Shown in pieces: positions 58,917 through 64,000 of a DNA stretch of 64,000 bases. The position numbers were made by a program, and so were the translations under genes. Source of the DNA: Diplonema japonicum (taxonomy: Eukaryota > Protista > Euglenozoa: Diplonemea); assembly GCA_964019335.1 (NCBI GenBank), contig OZ025689.1, forward strand, positions 62,001 to 126,000, given 5' to 3'. Every line of letters begins with the position of its first letter. The stretch's first letter is position 1. Under the pieces are notes generated by a model. That model saw nothing but the letters and a program-made list of their open reading frames with translations, made no database searches and had not been told where the DNA came from.

Positions 58917-60499
58917 GGTAGAAATCCACACTAATCGGTCACCGTTCTGCGGTTGCTGTCTGGTGCCTGCGGTGGCTGTTTGTCGCGATGAGATGGACGG
59001 CATCTGGGCGAGAAACCCTTCTTAGAGTAGAAAAAAAACGGCACTTTCTTTACCCTACCTTTTGAAGGAAAGCACACAAACTTGATCGGTAGAGTAGCGG
59101 TTCCAGGTTTATGTGTGTTTTGAAAACTACCGTTAGCCCAGCTGCTTGATTTTCTTTATACTAGGCCAAGGGAAAAAACAGAGGAAATGGCTGGCGGGCA
59201 GAAACCTAGAGAACCTAGAGAAAATGGACTTTTCTTCCAGAAACTAAAACATGGCTAGCCTCCCCTTCCCCTTCCCCCAAGATTACAGCATCAGAAAAAT
59301 AATCTCGCGTTTGAATTGCAGAGCAATATTTTTTTTTTTCTTTTTCCTAAATATCACAAAGTGAAAAAGGGGGGGGGGGGGGGAACTTAAAGAAGAATAT
59401 CTTCTGCTTCTTTTTTTTTTTCCCCCTACGGTGTCCACCCTGCACACGGAAAACTTATCAAATTCTCTTCTTCTTCCTCCTTTCCCCTGCCCCACTTCAA
59501 AGAATTGCAATATTCTCCTTCCAAAAAAAAAAAAAAAAAACCTTTTGTTTTTTTTTTTTTCTTGCGTTCAAATCATAACAGTAACTAATACATAATAAAA
59601 GGGAGGGGGGGGGGGGGGGGGGAGAGAGAACACATTTCTTTTGTTCTGAAACTAACCTTGGGGGAGGGGGGGGGGGGGGTGGAAGCAAAACTTTGTAAAA
59701 ATTAAATTGGGTTCTTAGTTTAATTAACTGAGACTTTAATACTTAAAATACAGTAAGGGGGGTGAGGTGTGGGGGGGGATCCTCGCAAAAAAAAAGGAAA
59801 AAAAAAAAGAAGAGAAAGGGAAATCATTGTTGAGGGGCATCAACATGCTTACGATTCCTTTGATAATTGCAACACCTGTTTTGCAAAGGGTGTCACCTTC
59901 AGGAACAATAAACAAAATGACGGCCAAAATACAGAAAAAAAGGGGGGTCGGCCGACCGGAAAATACTTAAAAAATACTGTAAAGTGAAAATGTGGGTCAT
60001 TTTACAGAACTGTAAAACGAAAAAAAAAAAAAAAAAGAATCGTGTCAATGAAATAATTTGTCATCAGTCATTTCCCCCCACACCTTTGACTCCCAGTCCT
60101 TAAGAGACAGCGCTGAGCACAGGCTGTTCCAAGAAGCGAAAAATCATCAGCAAACGAAAGGATTTCCAGAGGCGGCTAAAAGGCCATTTTTTTCGTGAAT
60201 CTTTTTTTTTTTTTTTTTCCCGGCAAACAGAAAATGCCCGCAAAAAAAGAGGGGGGAAAAAAAATGAAAATAATAATACACTGGTTTACGTAACTATTTT
60301 CTCTTTTTTTCCTTTTTCCCTTCGTTCCCTATTATCTTTTTCTTTTCTTAGCCTTCTTTTCTTTTTTTCTTTCCGTGTCTTTTTTTTTTTTTTTTAAAGT
60401 AGTAGTTGTTTTCTTTTTTCTTTCTTTTTTTAATTGTTATTTCACTCTTTGTCATTCTCTTCATTCACTAGGGACCTCATAATTTGACGCGAAACGGCC

Positions 60500-60521
60500 A
60501 TAATTTAACTAGTTAAATTAT
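60500..60521. repeat. Perfect 22-bp palindrome ATAATTTAACTAGTTAAATTAT
   Basis: Read directly. Confidence 0.9.
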
Positions 60522-60781
60522 AGGGCTTCTGAGTGAAAAAAATGGGTGGGGAAGAAAAAAGAGACATTTAAGGGTACCTGCGGAATCTATCTCTTGATCG
60601 AACCAAAAAATGTACAACCCAACCCCTTGAAAAACCTTTTAATAAGTGCTTTACCCCCCCCCCCCCCCCCCCAAATGCCACGGCGAAATAGCTACCCCGT
60701 ATTACCTTAGAGAAATCCAGTGAAAGCAGTGAAGAGTGACTCAAATGACGAAGAGTGAAATAAAACGACTTACTTGCCGCC

Positions 60782-60844
60782 AAATGAGCCATTATTTAAC
60801 ACTCGTTAAAAATTCGGGAACTCGAGTTAAATAATGACTCATTT
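60782..60844. repeat. Inverted repeat with 19-bp arms (1 mismatch) and 25-bp spacer
   Basis: AAATGAGCCATTATTTAAC ... GTTAAATAATGACTCATTT. Confidence 0.9.
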
Positions 60845-60861
60845 ATTTGTTGGCAATAAAG

Positions 60862-60892
<31 letters not shown>

Positions 60893-61297
60893 ATGTGTTG
60901 TTATTGTAAAATGGTTTGATAGTTTCAAAAATATTAGGGAGGGGGAGGTTTACTTTCCAGTTTTTTGCTTTTTTTTTCTTTTTTTCTTTTCTTTTTTTGC
61001 AATTGTCAGAATAACTATTCTCATGGGGGAAAAAAAAAAGGGGGAGAAAACTTCTAACCACAACTACTCCAAAGTTCGGGCGAATGAACACCTTTTTTTT
61101 TTAATTTTTCGTAATGCTCTACGGCATTTCTTTTTTTTTTTTTCTTGGCTTGTAACTCGTGCAGTAACTCAAATGTCTCGACAATTGTTGCCGACGCAAG
61201 TGTCCTCCGAGGCTGTTACCCGGCTGGTATCGGGTACTGCTTTAAAGGCGCCAACGAAAAGATGTGTCCCCCCAATTATTTTTCTTTTTTTTTTTTT

Positions 61298-62859
61298 TCA
61301 CAACCCCATCTCCTCAAGCAACAGCTCTTTCATTGTCGACTTCCTAAGGATGTGAGGTGCTGTGATACGCCGTTGTCGGGATACTTCTTCTGCGGATGCT
61401 GTTTTTTCTTTTTTCCCCCATCAAAAATAAAAAAATCACACACCCCGAGAATGGCTGAAGAGCGAAGGCGACGTTCTACGACGCAGCAACATCGCCCTGT
61501 GGTATTTTCTTTTTTTTTTTTTCTTTGCCTCACTCCCTCCTCACACCTAAACAAAGGTTCGTCCATCGAGCAGGCATCAGAGAGCTTCCGTGCAACGTCC
61601 TTCTGAAACTCCCCAAGAACAACGAATTGTATAATGTGTTCGGCCACCCTCACCAGCGTCACCTTGAAGTGGTGCAACGACTCGGCCACTGTCCTCACCT
61701 TGACAACCGCATCATTTGTACAAAGCGCTTTGTGACGCTCGAAGTCCTGCACATTGACAAGCTGTCCAAAAGAAGGTATCACCTCAAAATGATCAAAGTG
61801 TTTTTTCCGTTCGCATCTGTACACGTTCGTGCCGAGAAGGTTCACAAAAACCTCGAAATTCTGTTCTTCAGACAAGGCACGGGCGGCTTTTGTAACGCAT
61901 ATCCTTGCCCACATGAGAACTCTGCACTCGCTGGTGATCTCTTTGTAAGAGTCACGGCGTTTCTTTGTGGGAAACGCCATGAAGGTAACCTCAACGTTGT
62001 GGTTGTCTAAAAGAACATTTTGAAGCTCTTTAAACCGTGTAATAAGGGAAGGAAAGCCTTCCATCTCACAGTCGTCTGCTACATGCAGATCAACACTGAC
62101 GCTGGCCTTCCCGTACGAAGCGATAGTTTTTTTTAATATGTTGAGAGTGTCGCCCACCGTTTCTGCGAGGGTAGCGTAGTCGTAGCTGTCCGTCTCGTCG
62201 GGTGTGTCGGGGTCTTCATCGTCGATGTCCTCGCTGTCGGCGTTGTCGTCTCCGAAGGAGAATTTTTTGTTTGCGATGTAATCGTTGATCCCTGTGAGGG
62301 AGTCCTCCCAGGAGTTGATGGTGAGGTAGTTCTTAACGTCATCTAATATTCTGTCGATGGCGAGGGACTTCGTCAGTTCTTTGAATCTTTCTTCGTTCTC
62401 GCCGTCCAGTGTGTTCGAGTCGAACATCTCAAGCTCTTGAGAGCTGCCGTCCGACAGCGACAAAGACGTTTCCTCAACACACGCGTCTAGTTCTTGTTGT
62501 GCTGCTTGAACAAGTTCCTCTCGTGAGTTGAATTTTACGCAGCTTTTTGCTCGTTGAGTTGTCCCGAATCCCATTTGTTTAAACTGCTGTTCGATGCACT
62601 CGTAAGGGTTTCCTTCGTTGTTCTCCGCGCATTGCAGCATAGCCGCCTCGAGGCTCTCGCACACGCGGGTTCTTCTTAAGTATTTGTCGGCTTCGCGGTC
62701 TGTGTAGGAGCCTTTATTGTGGACGCATTCGGCCACCCAAGTGTGGTGGTCGTCTGGTCTTTCCTTTGACAGGCCCTCTATCACGTTAGCATACAGCTGG
62801 TTGAGGTTGTGTTGCCGCACGTATGCTTTGTGTTCTTCTGGTGAATTTAGTATCCGCAT
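61298..62859 (-). CDS. Protein with tandem RIIa/Dpy-30-like N-terminal domains; introns 61497-61546 (50) and 61399-61443 (45); 3' end tentative
   Basis: YVRQHNLNQLYANVIEGLSKERPDDHHTWV and KYLRRTRVCESLEAAM..NPYECI. Two GTGTG..ACAG introns remove the poly-A/T stretches. Confidence 0.65.
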
Positions 62860-63223
62860 TTTCTTTTTTTTTCTTTTCTAGGGGGATTTTTTTTTTTTCC
62901 CCTCCCCCTCCACCTTCTTGAGATTTTGAAAAAGGTTTTGTTTTTTTTGTGGGGGGGGGAGAATATGTCTAACTATGGTCTTTTGGTAAGCTTGCGAGAC
63001 TTTGACCGAAAGTGGTCGAAAAAAAGAAGAAAAAAAACAAAAAAGGATGTTCCCCCCCTTTCTTTTTCTTCTTTTTTCTACAAGCCAAAAAGAGGTATTT
63101 ACAGAAAGACCAATGATTCATCCGGTTTTTGTTTTTTTTTTTTTTTCTTTTGTGAAAAAATAGTCTTTCCCCCTCCCCCCCCCCCTTTTTTTTTCTTCTC
63201 ATTCGATTGAAAGCTAGTTTGTA

Positions 63224-63256
<33 letters not shown>

Positions 63257-63434
63257 ACTGGAGGAAAAAAAAAAAAAAAATTAGCATGGAATAAACCCTG
63301 TCCCGATAAAGTCTTTTTACACCTATTGCTCTGGGGCAGGTAATCGCTTTTACGGGTAGTGGTAAGGCTAGTTATTCCTTTTTTTTTTTTTTTCCTATCT
63401 TTTTTTTTTTCTTCTTCTTTTTTTTTTCCTTCAT

Positions 63435-63982
63435 TTAATTCACCTCTCCCCGAAGGAGCGCGAAGTAGGAGTGGAGAGATGTTGTTGCGATAACCGAGGT
63501 GGGTACCTCTGGGGTGGGTGTAATGAAACAAACATGAGAAACATGTGGTTGGAGGTAAATGGCAACAGGGAGAGAGCTGTCGACAGCTATGGCAGGCCGG
63601 GGGGAGCCGAGGAGCTGTCGGTAGATAGCCTTCTTACCGATCTCAGTAGAACAGAACAGGAGTCTATGGGAGGGGAAAGGCTTTGCAAACGGAATTCTCG
63701 CCATGCCCGCCCTCACCAAATCCTCTTTGTCGGTGTCGTCCTCAATCTGCATCACAAAATACAGGTCACAGTCTTCAGCAAGTGTCACCAACTCGTCAGC
63801 ATCTTCCTTAAAAATTACAAACTTCCCCTCTGTAAACCGGCCTACTGCCTCGACTCCTATGACCACTTTCCAACCTTTTAAATTTGCCTCACCGACGTCT
63901 GTAAGTTCATCCGGTGACTGGGAGCCGGTAGAGACCGATGAAGGGGCATTCCGCCTTCCATGGTGCGGTACGCTGGATGTAT
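63435..63982 (-). CDS. PEX22: Peroxin PEX22-like, last exon (5' exon outside the window)
   Basis: DLYFVMQIEDD..HRLLFCSTEIGKKAIYRQL..VD matches the plant/protist PEX22 pattern (DLYL..DD..KVLFCST..G...RQL.P..HID). The frame is open back to a TTTTAG acceptor at 63983. Confidence 0.7.
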
Positions 63983-64000
63983 CTAAAAATCAATACAAAA

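Noticed and set aside
3019-63531. Poly-Phe/Lys/Gly/Pro ORFs in intergenic tracts
   Set aside because: Translations of homopolymer runs, which lack stop codons by composition.
400-63881. Many plus-strand ORFs in the track (e.g. 27216-28202, 36104-36964, 19866-20573)
   Set aside because: They are antisense shadows of GC-rich minus-strand genes and show no recognisable motifs.
1-64000. tRNA, rRNA, snRNA, 7SL or telomerase RNA genes
   Set aside because: No cloverleaf or diagnostic conserved motifs found by eye; a covariance-model search is needed to exclude them.

Overview
Eukaryotic nuclear DNA, most likely a euglenozoan and plausibly a diplonemid. Support: a stand-alone C-terminal half of SDH2 (split SdhB is a Euglenozoa trait), strict co-orientation of genes, and many cis introns. 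I reconstruct 32 protein genes, all on the minus strand, often only 50-110 bp apart, which suggests a polycistronic, trans-spliced unit. Recognisable genes: DDX47/RRP3, RagC/D, SDH2C, cyclin L, RPL34, COG8, DIM1, PEX22, three J-domain proteins, three glycosyltransferase-type genes, a cholesterol-oxidase-like GMC protein and an ABCG. The ORF track is fragmented by about 39 very small GT-AG introns (30-56 nt, mode 37). Every intron of 41 nt or less has a GTATG donor; variant donors occur only in introns of 43 nt or more. Several homopolymer-rich gene-free tracts carry at least five families of short dispersed hairpin repeats. One 43-bp element (3 copies) is complementary, on the transcribed strand, to both the donor and acceptor consensus of these introns. 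Several enzymes look catalytically degenerate (ABCG, GMC oxidase, adenylate kinase). All gene models and counts are from manual reading, with no transcript data or database searches.
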